Shown piece after piece: positions 37,354-45,979 of a stretch of 64,000 bases of DNA. The DNA is from Paracoccaceae bacterium (lineage in GTDB: Bacteria > Pseudomonadota > Alphaproteobacteria > Rhodobacterales > Rhodobacteraceae). Each line of letters opens with the position of its first letter. Within the stretch, counting starts at the first letter, position 1. The notes beneath the pieces were generated by a model. The model did no database searches and was not told the origin of the DNA. It saw only the letters and a list, made by a program, of their open reading frames with translations. The translations under genes were made by a program, and so were the position numbers. The stretch spans positions 1,180-65,179 of the forward strand of contig JALQUU010000002.1 of assembly GCA_023260655.1 (NCBI GenBank), in the 5' to 3' direction.

Positions 37354-38385
37354 ATGAGCAATGCCGCAGCCCATCTCGACACAGAGGCCGTCGCCCGCTG
37401 GCTTTCCGAGCATATGGAGGGCTTCGTGGGCCCGCTTACGGCGGAGAAATTCGCAGGCGGCCAGTCGAATCCAACGTTCCGGCTCACAGCCAAGTCAGGC
37501 ACCTACGTCCTGCGCCGCAAACCACCGGGGCAGCTCTTGAAATCCGCTCATGCTGTGGATCGTGAATTCCGGGTGCAAAGGGCGCTTTGGCAATCCGATG
37601 TACCTGTGGCCCGCATGCATGTGCTCTGCGACGATGACAGCGTGATCGGCTCGATGTTCTACGTCATGGAAGAGGTGAAAGGCCGCCATTTCAGTGAGCC
37701 TACGCTGGATGCCTTGTCGAATGATGAACGCCGCCCTGTTTTCGAGGAAATGAACCGGGTTCTCGCGGCAATACATGACGTGGATCTCGCAGCCAGCGGC
37801 CTTTCTGATTACGGTCCGGAAGGGAATTACTACGAGCGACAGGTCGGCCGTTGGACTAAGCAGTACCGCGCCAGCGAAACCCAAACCATCGCTTCGATGG
37901 AAGCCTTGATCGCGTGGCTTGATGCCAACATGCCCGCCGATGATGGCCAGCGCACCCTCGTGCATGGCGACTACAGGATCGACAACATGCTCTTCCGGAC
38001 GGACGAACCGCGCTGCGCCGCTGTTCTCGATTGGGAGCTCTCCACGACAGGCCATCCTTTTGCCGATCTCGGGGCCGTCATCATGCAATGGGGCATGCCT
38101 CCGGGCAGCGAGGGGCGCGGCCTTTCCGGCATTGACCGCCGCGCACAGGGCTTGATGGAGGATCAGGAATTCATCGACCTCTACTGCCAGCGCCGCGGCC
38201 TCCCGGGCATTGACCGTTTCGGCTTCTACCTCGCTTTCAACTATTTCCGGATGGGCGCGATCATTCAGGGCGTATATAAGCGGGCGCTCGACGGAAACGC
38301 CTCGAACCCTGAGCGCGCCAAGCGCTTGGGCGGCTTCGTGGGCACATTCGCCGAGCAGGGATTGAAGGCGGCGGGACTCGTGTGA
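37354..38385 (+). CDS. Phosphotransferase (APH / ACAD10-11-type kinase) family protein
   Basis: FAGGQSNPTFRL, VLRRKPPG, the Brenner-type motif LVHGDYRIDNMLF and VLDWEL. Confidence 0.8.
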   Translation: MSNAAAHLDTEAVARWLSEHMEGFVGPLTAEKFAGGQSNPTFRLTAKSGTYVLRRKPPGQLLKSAHAVDREFRVQRALWQSDVPVARMHVLCDDDSVIGSMFYVMEEVKGRHFSEPTLDALSNDERRPVFEEMNRVLAAIHDVDLAASGLSDYGPEGNYYERQVGRWTKQYRASETQTIASMEALIAWLDANMPADDGQRTLVHGDYRIDNMLFRTDEPRCAAVLDWELSTTGHPFADLGAVIMQWGMPPGSEGRGLSGIDRRAQGLMEDQEFIDLYCQRRGLPGIDRFGFYLAFNYFRMGAIIQGVYKRALDGNASNPERAKRLGGFVGTFAEQGLKAAGLV

Positions 38386-38786
38386 TGAAGCAGAAAGACG
38401 TGAAAGAAGCGCCCTATCCGTGGCAGGAAACCCTCGGTTTCGACGTTAGCGATTGGGGGCCGGACCATGCCGAAGTTACAGTGCCAATCGAAACGAAACA
38501 CGAGAACCGTTACGGAATTCCACACGGTGGAGTGCTGGCCTCTATTCTCGACACGGCCATGGGCTTTGCAGGCTGCTACACAGGCGATCCCGAACATCCG
38601 CAAATGGCCATGACGCTGAACTTGAGTGTGAACTACCTCTCTGTCGCCAAAGGCAACCTGTTGATCGCAACCGGTCGGCGCACTGGCGGTGGCGCAAAAA
38701 CCTTCTTCGCCGAAGGTCGTATCATGGATAACGAAGGCATTTTGGTTGCCACGGCAACAGGCGTATTCCGCTACCGCGGACGATAA
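38382..38786 (+). CDS. PaaI-family hot-dog thioesterase
   Basis: 134 aa with NRYGIPHGGVLASILDTAMG, the PaaI/YbgC-like motif. Confidence 0.8.
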   Translation: MMKQKDVKEAPYPWQETLGFDVSDWGPDHAEVTVPIETKHENRYGIPHGGVLASILDTAMGFAGCYTGDPEHPQMAMTLNLSVNYLSVAKGNLLIATGRRTGGGAKTFFAEGRIMDNEGILVATATGVFRYRGR

Positions 38787-39847
38787 TGAACAGGGAGAAA
38801 ATGATGTCTGAAATGATGAAACGTATCGTTCTTGCAAGCCGCCCCACTGGCGCTCCCAGTGACGAGAACTTCCGGCTCGAAACCGGGCCTGTCCCTGCAC
38901 CGGCCGAAGGCGAGATCCTCGTCCGCGTCACGGCTATGTCTTTGGACCCCTACATGCGAGGCCGTATGGATGATGCGAAATCCTACGCTCAGCCTGTGCC
39001 GGTGGGCGGCACGATGGAAGGCGGTTCGGTTGGTCAGGTGATCGCATCCAACTCGCCGCATTTCAAACTCGGCGACTGGACCTTCGGCATGTTCGGCTGG
39101 GCAACCCACTCGGTTCAGAACGCGAAACTCTGCCGCAAGCTCGACCCGTCCCAAGTCCCTGTGAACACCGCCTTGGGCGTCCTTGGCATGCCGGGCTTCA
39201 CAGGCTGGTTCGGGCTGATGGAATACGGCAAGCCGAAAGCGGGAGAGACCCTCGTCGTCGCAGCGGCGACCGGGCCCGTTGGCAGCATGGTTGGTCAGGT
39301 GGCCAAGTCGATGGGCCTTCGGGTAATCGGCATCGCTGGCGGTGCCGAGAAATGCCGGATGGCCGTCGAGGAGTTCGGCTTCGACGCCTGCCTCGATCAC
39401 CGCGCCCATGCGGATGCCAAGGAACTCCGCGCCGCTCTGCAAGAAGCCTGCCCGAAGGGTGTCGACATCTATTTCGAGAATGTCGCCGGAAAGGTGCTCG
39501 AAGCCGTAATGCCGCTGATGAACGTCGGCGGCCGCATCCCGGTCTGCGGCATGATCTCCTGGTATAACGAAGGTGGCCTCGGCATGAACGCCGGCGGCGC
39601 CAAAGATCAACTGCCCAAAATGTGGCGCACGATTCTCGTCAATCGCCTGCATGTACACGGGTTCATCATTTCCGATCATTGGGCGCGCTTTCCGGAGTTC
39701 CTCGGCACTGTCGCGCCCATGGTGGCAGATGGCCGCGTCAAATATGTCGAGGACATCGCCGAGGGTCTGGAAGCCGCACCGCAAGCCTTCATGGGCATGC
39801 TGCTTGGCAAGAATCGCGGCAAGCAGATTGTCAAAATCGCCGACTAA
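38786..39847 (+). CDS. NADP-dependent oxidoreductase (alkenal/one reductase, YncB/PTGR1-like MDR)
   Basis: GETLVVAAATGPVGSMVGQVAK and the C-terminal GKNRGKQIVKI. The true start may be the ATGATG at 38801, which follows AGGGAGAAA. Confidence 0.8.
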   Translation: MNREKMMSEMMKRIVLASRPTGAPSDENFRLETGPVPAPAEGEILVRVTAMSLDPYMRGRMDDAKSYAQPVPVGGTMEGGSVGQVIASNSPHFKLGDWTFGMFGWATHSVQNAKLCRKLDPSQVPVNTALGVLGMPGFTGWFGLMEYGKPKAGETLVVAAATGPVGSMVGQVAKSMGLRVIGIAGGAEKCRMAVEEFGFDACLDHRAHADAKELRAALQEACPKGVDIYFENVAGKVLEAVMPLMNVGGRIPVCGMISWYNEGGLGMNAGGAKDQLPKMWRTILVNRLHVHGFIISDHWARFPEFLGTVAPMVADGRVKYVEDIAEGLEAAPQAFMGMLLGKNRGKQIVKIAD

Positions 39848-39855
39848 ACCGCATT

Positions 39856-39922
39856 TTTCTTTCGGAAATATCCTCGGGGGGTGAATGCCGGAGGCAGAGG
39901 GGGGCAGACACCCTTTTTTCTT
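39856..39922 (+). repeat. Intergenic repeat family, copy C
   Basis: tttCTTTCGGAAATATCCTCGGGGGGTGAATGCCGGAGGCAGAGGGGGGCAGACACCCTTTTTTCTT. It begins 9 nt after the stop of the last gene of the beta-oxidation operon. Confidence 0.85.
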
Positions 39923-39974
39923 AGCCCCACAAAAAGGCGCGTCGTTTCCCGCATGGGGTGCGACGCTTCTCGCA

Positions 39975-40003
39975 TTGAAGAATCCTTGCGCCCGCAGTAA
40001 CTA
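39975..40003 (+). promoter_or_regulatory. Candidate sigma70 promoter for the riboswitch-btuB operon
   Basis: TTGAAG, a 17-nt spacer, then TAACTA. This places a TSS near 40010, at the 5' end of the riboswitch P1. Confidence 0.35.
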
Positions 40004-40010
40004 GACTGTG

Positions 40011-40193
40011 CTTCGGTTCCGGTGCTCAAGCTCCGGATGAAAAGGGAACCGGGTGCGGGCGAACGCCCTACTCCCGGACTGCCCCCGCAACTGTAAGCGG
40101 CGAGCGATGTCGGCATATGCCACTGGGCCTCCGAAAGGAGGCTTGGGAAGGCCCGGCAAAGCATTGACCCGCAAGTCAGGAGACCTGCCGAGG
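40011..40193 (+). promoter_or_regulatory. Cobalamin (adenosylcobalamin) riboswitch
   Basis: Conserved blocks AAAAGGGAACCGGGTG, GACTGCCCCCGCAACTGTAAGCGG, GCCACTGG, GGGAAGGC and the B12 box AGTCAGGAGACCTGCC. P1 pairs CTTCGG with CCGAGG. The element is upstream of btuB. Confidence 0.9.
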
Positions 40194-40336
40194 TGATCAC
40201 CTTGTCCATGCGCGGGGCGCGCTTGGGCTGCGGTTTTCCGTAGGGGTGACAACCTTCACCGTCTGCGGGGGACCTAGTCCTCTGTCTGACCAATTCAAGA
40301 CCAATGCTCCCGAAACGAAGGAGCGCCGAGGACGTT

Positions 40337-42181
40337 ATGAAATACCTTGTCTCCGCCAGTATTCTGGCGCTTTCCGTCGCTACCCAAGCCTCCGCACAAG
40401 AGCCGTTCCAGTTAGGAACCATCACTCTTTTCACCAACCAGACCGCCACCACGACAGCGCGTTCCGGCGCAACGGTGGAAGTTGTCGAGGCGAAAGAGGT
40501 GCAGAAGGCATCCGACACCCGTCTTGTCGATTATCTGTCCTCGCTTCCGGGCGTGTCCGCGTCGACGAATGGCGGCCTTGGCGGTACGGGTACCCTGCGC
40601 GTCCGCGGCCTCGGCGGCGAATATCTTGCTGTGCGCATCGATGGCATCGACGTGACAGACCCCTCTCGTCCGCAAAACCTGTTCGACTGGAACGGCCTGA
40701 CCTTGGGCGGTGTTTCGCGGATTGAATTGCTCAAAGGGTCGCAATCGGCAGGCTATGGTGCTGGCGCTGTTGCTGGTGTGATCAACATCACAACGCTCCG
40801 CGCAGAAGAAGAAGGCACCTCTGGCCAGGCAAGCTTGGAAGTCGGCAGCTTCGGCACGGTGCAGGCTGGCGTTTCCATCGCGAATAAGTCTGATCGCGCA
40901 GAGATCAGCCTTGGCCTCAACCGTGTCACCACGGATGGCTTCTCGGCCAGTTCCCTCGGTGTCGAGGCCGATGGATATGAAGCAACCCAACTGACATTCG
41001 GGGCCTCCTACCAGATCACTGACGCGGTCAAAGTTGGCCTCTCGCTCTATGCCGTCGATAGCTACGGCGAGTTCGACGAATTCGGCGGCGACGGCGCAGC
41101 ACCTTTCGACGAATACAATGAAAGCACCACCCGCGCAGGCCGCGTCTATGCCGAGTTCCAGACGGGGGCTGTGAAGAACGAACTGTCCTTCTCCGCTCTG
41201 AACGGCGATCGCACATCGAATTCCGATGGTGTGGCCAGCCCGTTCTCGGGCACCCGCCGCTCGGTTGAATACAAGGGGTCGGTAGAGCAGTCCGAAGCGC
41301 TGACACTTTCTTGGGGCGCAAGCTTCGTCAAGGAAGGCTTCGATGCTGTCGAAGAGGACTGGTCAGTGGTTCCTCCGCTAATCCTTACCCCTACGGGTTC
41401 GGTCGAAACCAAAGCCGTTTTCGCCGAAGCACTTTATGCGCCGGCTGAAGACCTCGACCTGTCGCTGACCGTCCGTCATGACGATCATTCGTCTTTCGGT
41501 TCGAAAACGACGGGGCGCGCCGCGCTCGCATGGCGCATCCAGCCGGACCTGATCCTGCGCGCGTCGGCGGCAACAGGCTTCCTGCCGCCGTCGCTTTATG
41601 AGCTGCACAGCCAAGTTTATGGCAACCCCGCGCTCCAGCCGGAAGAAAGCAAGAGCTTCGAAATCGGCCTCGAAAAGCGCTACGGCGACGATGCCTTTGC
41701 CAAGGTCACTTTCTTCTCGACGGAAGTCACCAACCGCATCGATTATGACTTCCTGACCAATAGCTACCAGCAGGTTACTGGCGACACGAAGATTCAAGGG
41801 ATGGAGCTTTCGGGCCGCACCCCCCTCTCCGAACGTATTGCGCTCTTTGGCAGCTATACGCTCACTCGTGCCGAAGGGCCGAATGGTGGCAAGGTTGTTC
41901 GCGTGCCACAACATGACTTTGTCTTGGGTGTCGATGCTGCTCTAACCGATCGCCTGTCAGGAACGCTCACGGTCAACCGCATTGCCGAACGCTATGATGG
42001 TTTCGTCGCAACTCGCGCCCCGGACTACACTCTGGTGAACCTCAGCGTGAACTACGCGATCTCCGCCAAGGCGGAAGCCTATCTCCGCATCGAGAACCTG
42101 CTGGACGAGCAATACCAGTCGGTCAGCAACTACAACTCTTCTGGCCGGGCGGCCTACTTCGGTGTTCGGACGTCGTTCTGA
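40337..42181 (+). CDS. btuB: TonB-dependent outer-membrane cobalamin receptor BtuB
   Basis: Start MKYLVSASILALSVATQASAQ at 40337 (signal peptide). Plug-domain motifs are present, and the C-terminus ends in AAYFGVRTSF with a terminal Phe. The gene is riboswitch-controlled. Confidence 0.85.
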   Translation: MKYLVSASILALSVATQASAQEPFQLGTITLFTNQTATTTARSGATVEVVEAKEVQKASDTRLVDYLSSLPGVSASTNGGLGGTGTLRVRGLGGEYLAVRIDGIDVTDPSRPQNLFDWNGLTLGGVSRIELLKGSQSAGYGAGAVAGVINITTLRAEEEGTSGQASLEVGSFGTVQAGVSIANKSDRAEISLGLNRVTTDGFSASSLGVEADGYEATQLTFGASYQITDAVKVGLSLYAVDSYGEFDEFGGDGAAPFDEYNESTTRAGRVYAEFQTGAVKNELSFSALNGDRTSNSDGVASPFSGTRRSVEYKGSVEQSEALTLSWGASFVKEGFDAVEEDWSVVPPLILTPTGSVETKAVFAEALYAPAEDLDLSLTVRHDDHSSFGSKTTGRAALAWRIQPDLILRASAATGFLPPSLYELHSQVYGNPALQPEESKSFEIGLEKRYGDDAFAKVTFFSTEVTNRIDYDFLTNSYQQVTGDTKIQGMELSGRTPLSERIALFGSYTLTRAEGPNGGKVVRVPQHDFVLGVDAALTDRLSGTLTVNRIAERYDGFVATRAPDYTLVNLSVNYAISAKAEAYLRIENLLDEQYQSVSNYNSSGRAAYFGVRTSF

Positions 42182-42989
42182 TCTCTGTGCTGTGGCCCTC
42201 GTTTTTGCGGGGGCCACAAGCGCTTTGGCGGATGCGCCGAAGCGCGTGGTGTCGATCAATCTCTGCACTGATGAATTGGCCCTTCTGTTGGCCGATCCAG
42301 GTCAGGTGATTTCGGTTTCCAAACTCTCCGCCGATCCGTCCTACGATATGGTCGTGCCTGAGGGCGTCGGCATCAATGGCGGGCAGGCCGAGGAGGTGCA
42401 TTCATTGTCACCCGATCTGGTGCTCGCCGGGGCCTTCTCTGGCGGCCCCACCGTGAGCATGCTCAAGCGCCTCGGGCATCCTGTCGAGGTGTTCTATCCG
42501 GCCTCTTCGCTTGACGAAATCCGCGCCAACATCCGCCAGATGGGCAAGCTCTTGGCGCAAGAGGAAAAGGCCGAAACCGTTGTGGCAAGTTTCGATGCCG
42601 ATCTTGCCGCCTTGCAAGACGGCGGCCCACGCCCCCGCGCCGCTCTTTGGTTCGCTAATGGCTATGCTCCGGGGCCCGCAACTCTGGCGGGCCAGATCCT
42701 CGACGCGGCAGGCTATGACAATATCGCGGTAGAGGCAGGCATTTCGGGCACAGGCTTCCTTTCCTTGGAGCAACTCGTGGTGCTTGATCCCGACGTTATC
42801 GTCACCGGGCGGCCTTATCCCGGTGCATCCCGTGCCGAAGAAGTCATGCGCCACCCGATCGTGGCGGCGCTCAACGGCAAGAAGACCGCGCCTGCAACGG
42901 ATCGCGACTGGGTGTGCGGCACGCCGCGCATCCTCAGGGCGATCAAGGCCCTCCGCGACGAGCGGCTTGATCTGGAGGGCCGCGGATGA
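42162..42989 (+). CDS. btuF: Periplasmic cobalamin/cobinamide-binding protein (BtuF-like, ABC class 8)
   Basis: GTG start and a signal peptide ending in ALA. KRVVSINLCTDELALLL and DPDVIVTG are typical of the FecB/BtuF family. Confidence 0.75.
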   Translation: MFGRRSDLCAVALVFAGATSALADAPKRVVSINLCTDELALLLADPGQVISVSKLSADPSYDMVVPEGVGINGGQAEEVHSLSPDLVLAGAFSGGPTVSMLKRLGHPVEVFYPASSLDEIRANIRQMGKLLAQEEKAETVVASFDADLAALQDGGPRPRAALWFANGYAPGPATLAGQILDAAGYDNIAVEAGISGTGFLSLEQLVVLDPDVIVTGRPYPGASRAEEVMRHPIVAALNGKKTAPATDRDWVCGTPRILRAIKALRDERLDLEGRG

Positions 42990-43945
42990 AGCTCTATGCA
43001 GCTCTAGCAGCTTTGGTCGCAGCGCTCTTCCTTCTCTCCCTCTCGGTCGGGCCAGCAGGGTTCGGGCGGCTTTGGGAAACCACCGGGCCGATGCCGCTCA
43101 TCCTTTGGGAAATCCGCTTGCCCCGTGCTGTGCTGGCGCTCTTGATCGGCGCAGCCTTGGGGCTCTCTGGTGCCGCGATGCAGGGCTATCTGCGCAACCC
43201 CATGGCCGAGCCGGGAATATTGGGCGTTTCAGGCATGGCGGCTCTGGGTGCTGTCATCTCGATCCACTTCGGCCTTTCCACGCTCTGGCCCTTGGCCCTT
43301 CCCTTGGCGGCCCTGATGGGCGCAGTCGTTGGTGTGGCACTGATCCTTGCCTTGGCTGGTCCGCGCGGCGGTTCGGTCACGCTCATTCTGGCTGGTATCG
43401 CGATTTCCGCCCTGGCGGGAGCCTTCACCTCTCTCGTCCTCAACCTCGCGCCAAATCCTTGGGCCGCGAACGAGATCGTCTTTTGGATGATGGGATCGCT
43501 TGCGGATCGCTCTTGGCTACACGTCAGCCTCGCTGCGCCCTTCATCATTGTGGGCGCGGTTGTGCTCCTCCTGCAAGGCAAGGCGCTCGACGCCCTCACT
43601 TTGGGAGAAGATGCCGCCGAAAGCCTCGGGCTCTCGCTCGGCCGCGTACGGCTCTGGCTGGTGCTGGGCACGGCGGCTGTCGTTGGGGCAGGGGTGGCTG
43701 TGGCTGGTTCTGTGGGTTTTGTCGGCCTCGTCGTGCCGCACCTCTTGCGCCCCTTCGTGAACGGGCGGCCCTCGGCGCTGCTGCCGGCCGCTGCATTGGG
43801 TGGGGCCGCGCTTATTCTGGCTGCAGATGTCGCGGTTCGCATCCTGTTGCCAACGGGCGATCTGAAGCTCGGCGTTCTCACCGCGCTCGTCGGTGCCCCC
43901 TTGTTCCTCCATCTCATCTGGAAAATGCGGAGGGGCCTCGCATGA
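42986..43945 (+). CDS. btuC: ABC permease, FecCD/BtuC family
   Basis: 319 aa and polytopic, with LRLPRAVLALLIGAALGLSGAAMQ and GxxGFVGLVVPHLLR motifs. Confidence 0.85.
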   Translation: MKLYAALAALVAALFLLSLSVGPAGFGRLWETTGPMPLILWEIRLPRAVLALLIGAALGLSGAAMQGYLRNPMAEPGILGVSGMAALGAVISIHFGLSTLWPLALPLAALMGAVVGVALILALAGPRGGSVTLILAGIAISALAGAFTSLVLNLAPNPWAANEIVFWMMGSLADRSWLHVSLAAPFIIVGAVVLLLQGKALDALTLGEDAAESLGLSLGRVRLWLVLGTAAVVGAGVAVAGSVGFVGLVVPHLLRPFVNGRPSALLPAAALGGAALILAADVAVRILLPTGDLKLGVLTALVGAPLFLHLIWKMRRGLA

Positions 43946-44679
43946 CGCTTCTTTCGCTTCAGGCTTTGACGGTGCGGCGGGGCGAATGCCCCGTGGTGGA
44001 TCGTGTCTCGTTCGAGGTGCGCGAGGGCGAGGTGGTTGGGCTTTTGGGGCCGAATGGCGCTGGCAAAACCACACTGATGCGCGGCGCCTTGGGCCTGATC
44101 GAGGCCACAGGGCGCTCCTCCTTGGCCGAATTGCCAGCCAAGGCACGGGCGAAAGCAGCCGCTTGGTTGCCACAAGCCCGCGAGATCGCATGGCCGATGC
44201 CGGTTGAGGCTGTCGTGCGTTTGGGCCGCTTGCCGCATGGGGACGATGGCTCGGCCGCAGTTGAGCAAGCGCTTGAGCGGATGGACCTCGGCGCGATGCG
44301 CCACCGCCCTGCAACTGAGCTTTCGGGTGGTGAACAAGCGCGCGTTCTCATCGCTCGCACATTGGCGCAAGAAGCGCCTTTGGTTCTCGCAGATGAACCC
44401 GTGGCGGGCCTCGATCCCGCCCACCAGATCGCAACGATGCAGGTCTTCGAGGAACTCGCCCGTGAAGGCCGGGGCGTGATCGTTTCGCTCCACGATCTGG
44501 GCCTCGCCGTGCGCCACTGCACGCGGTTGATCCTGATGCAGTCCGGGCAAGTGGTGGCCGATGGCGCACCCCTTGAGGTGCTGACACCGACCCGCCTACG
44601 CGAGGTATTCCACATCTCAGCGCACATTTCTGAGAGTGACAGTGGGCCGATCTTCCAGCCGCTGGAGGTGATCCGATGA
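43942..44679 (+). CDS. btuD: ABC ATP-binding protein (BtuD/FecE-like)
   Basis: Start MTLLSLQALTVRRGE at 43942. GPNGAGKTT, LSGGEQARV and LVLADEP are present. The upstream part of track ORF 42784..44679 is an out-of-frame shadow. Confidence 0.85.
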   Translation: MTLLSLQALTVRRGECPVVDRVSFEVREGEVVGLLGPNGAGKTTLMRGALGLIEATGRSSLAELPAKARAKAAAWLPQAREIAWPMPVEAVVRLGRLPHGDDGSAAVEQALERMDLGAMRHRPATELSGGEQARVLIARTLAQEAPLVLADEPVAGLDPAHQIATMQVFEELAREGRGVIVSLHDLGLAVRHCTRLILMQSGQVVADGAPLEVLTPTRLREVFHISAHISESDSGPIFQPLEVIR

Positions 44680-45365
44680 GCGTGACGCGCGATGGCGCAT
44701 GGCTGCACTTCGATCTGGGTGCTCCTTTGCGGGCACTCTCGTGGTCGCTGACCAAACCGGGCTTCGTTACCACCGACGCCATGGTTTGGCGCGAGGTGAA
44801 GAACCGCGACCTCACCCCCGATCTTGACGTGCACGCATGGTATGAAGCCGAGCTTTCCGCGAAAGGGTGGGGCGGGGCTGTCGCCTTCCTGACCTCGCGC
44901 GACATCGGCACTTGGGTCGAGGCAACGGCCTCTGTCGAAGGCGTCCGCGCGCATGCGGTTGCCACGGTCGGCCTCTCGAATGGCGAGCGTGTGGGGTCGC
45001 GGGTGGATTACTCGGGCCGCGATTGGAATGGCAAATGGGGCACGATCAACGTGGGCCTCAGGCTCTCCGAGGGCCTAACCGAGGCCGCGCTGATCGAGGC
45101 AATGGCGATTGCCGTTCAGGCCCGTACAGCAGCGGTGATGGATGCGGGTGTCTTGCTGCCCACAGGTCGTGCCACGGGCACGGGTACGGATTGCGTCGGC
45201 GTGGCCGCGCCCCTTGGGGATAACCCTTATGCCGGCCTGCATACAGCCGTTGGTGAAGCAGCAGGCCGCGCCGTCTATGATGCGGTCTTGAAGGGCGCGA
45301 AGGAATGGCGGCAAACTTATCCCAAAGCCCCCGGAGTTCCGATGGAGGATTTGGGATGGACCTGA
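44676..45365 (+). CDS. cbiZ: Adenosylcobinamide amidohydrolase CbiZ
   Basis: 229 aa. SWSLTKPGF...WREV, TVGLSNGERVG, GTINV and GTGTDCV match the CbiZ pattern, and the gene sits in a btuBFCD context. Confidence 0.7.
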   Translation: MSVTRDGAWLHFDLGAPLRALSWSLTKPGFVTTDAMVWREVKNRDLTPDLDVHAWYEAELSAKGWGGAVAFLTSRDIGTWVEATASVEGVRAHAVATVGLSNGERVGSRVDYSGRDWNGKWGTINVGLRLSEGLTEAALIEAMAIAVQARTAAVMDAGVLLPTGRATGTGTDCVGVAAPLGDNPYAGLHTAVGEAAGRAVYDAVLKGAKEWRQTYPKAPGVPMEDLGWT

Positions 45366-45979
45366 ACGCACTCGCCGCTTTCCTGCAGGCCGGCGGCCCC
45401 GCGATGTGGGCCATTGCCGCCCTTTCCGTGCTGGCTGCCACGCTTGTCATGTGGAAAATCTGGCGCTTGGCTAGGGCCGGGGTCTGGTCAAGCGCGCCCG
45501 ATGCGGCTCTCGCGGTTTGGGCTGCGGGCGATCGGCGGGCGTTGGAACAGGTTACTGGAAAGGGCCTTTTGGCACGGCTAACGCGCCTCGCCATCCAATC
45601 GCGCCTCGATCCTGCACTCGGCGAAAAAGCCGCCCGAGAGGAAGTGACTGTGGCTGCAAAATCCATGATCGCCGACGTGAGAGGCGGCCTGCGCGCCTTG
45701 GAACTGATCGTGACTATTGCACCCCTCTTGGGCCTTTTTGGAACGGTTCTGGGCATGATCGAAGCCTTCCAGACTTTGCAGGCCGCAGGCAGCCGCGCCG
45801 ACCCTTCGGCTTTGGCAGGCGGAATCTGGGAAGCGCTGCTCACCACTGCCGCGGGTATGGGCGTTGCCATTCCCGCAGCCATGGCCCTCTCGTGGTTCGA
45901 TGGCACGGCGGAGCGCTTCCAGACACGTCTGGAAGAAGTAGCTACAAAGGTCTTCACGCGGGGCCCGGCAAGCGAATGA
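45356..45979 (+). CDS. exbB: MotA/TolQ/ExbB proton-channel protein
   Basis: Start MDLNALAAFLQAGGPAMWAIA at 45356, after GGAGGA. APLLGLFGTVLGMIEAF and GIWEALLTTAAGM are ExbB hallmarks. Confidence 0.85.
   Translation: MDLNALAAFLQAGGPAMWAIAALSVLAATLVMWKIWRLARAGVWSSAPDAALAVWAAGDRRALEQVTGKGLLARLTRLAIQSRLDPALGEKAAREEVTVAAKSMIADVRGGLRALELIVTIAPLLGLFGTVLGMIEAFQTLQAAGSRADPSALAGGIWEALLTTAAGMGVAIPAAMALSWFDGTAERFQTRLEEVATKVFTRGPASE

Noticed and set aside
42784-43941. First ~386 codons of track ORF 42784..44679 (631 aa)
   Set aside because: This is an Arg/Gly/Ala-rich out-of-frame shadow over btuF and btuC. Only the last 245 aa, from the ATG at 43942, carry ABC ATPase motifs.
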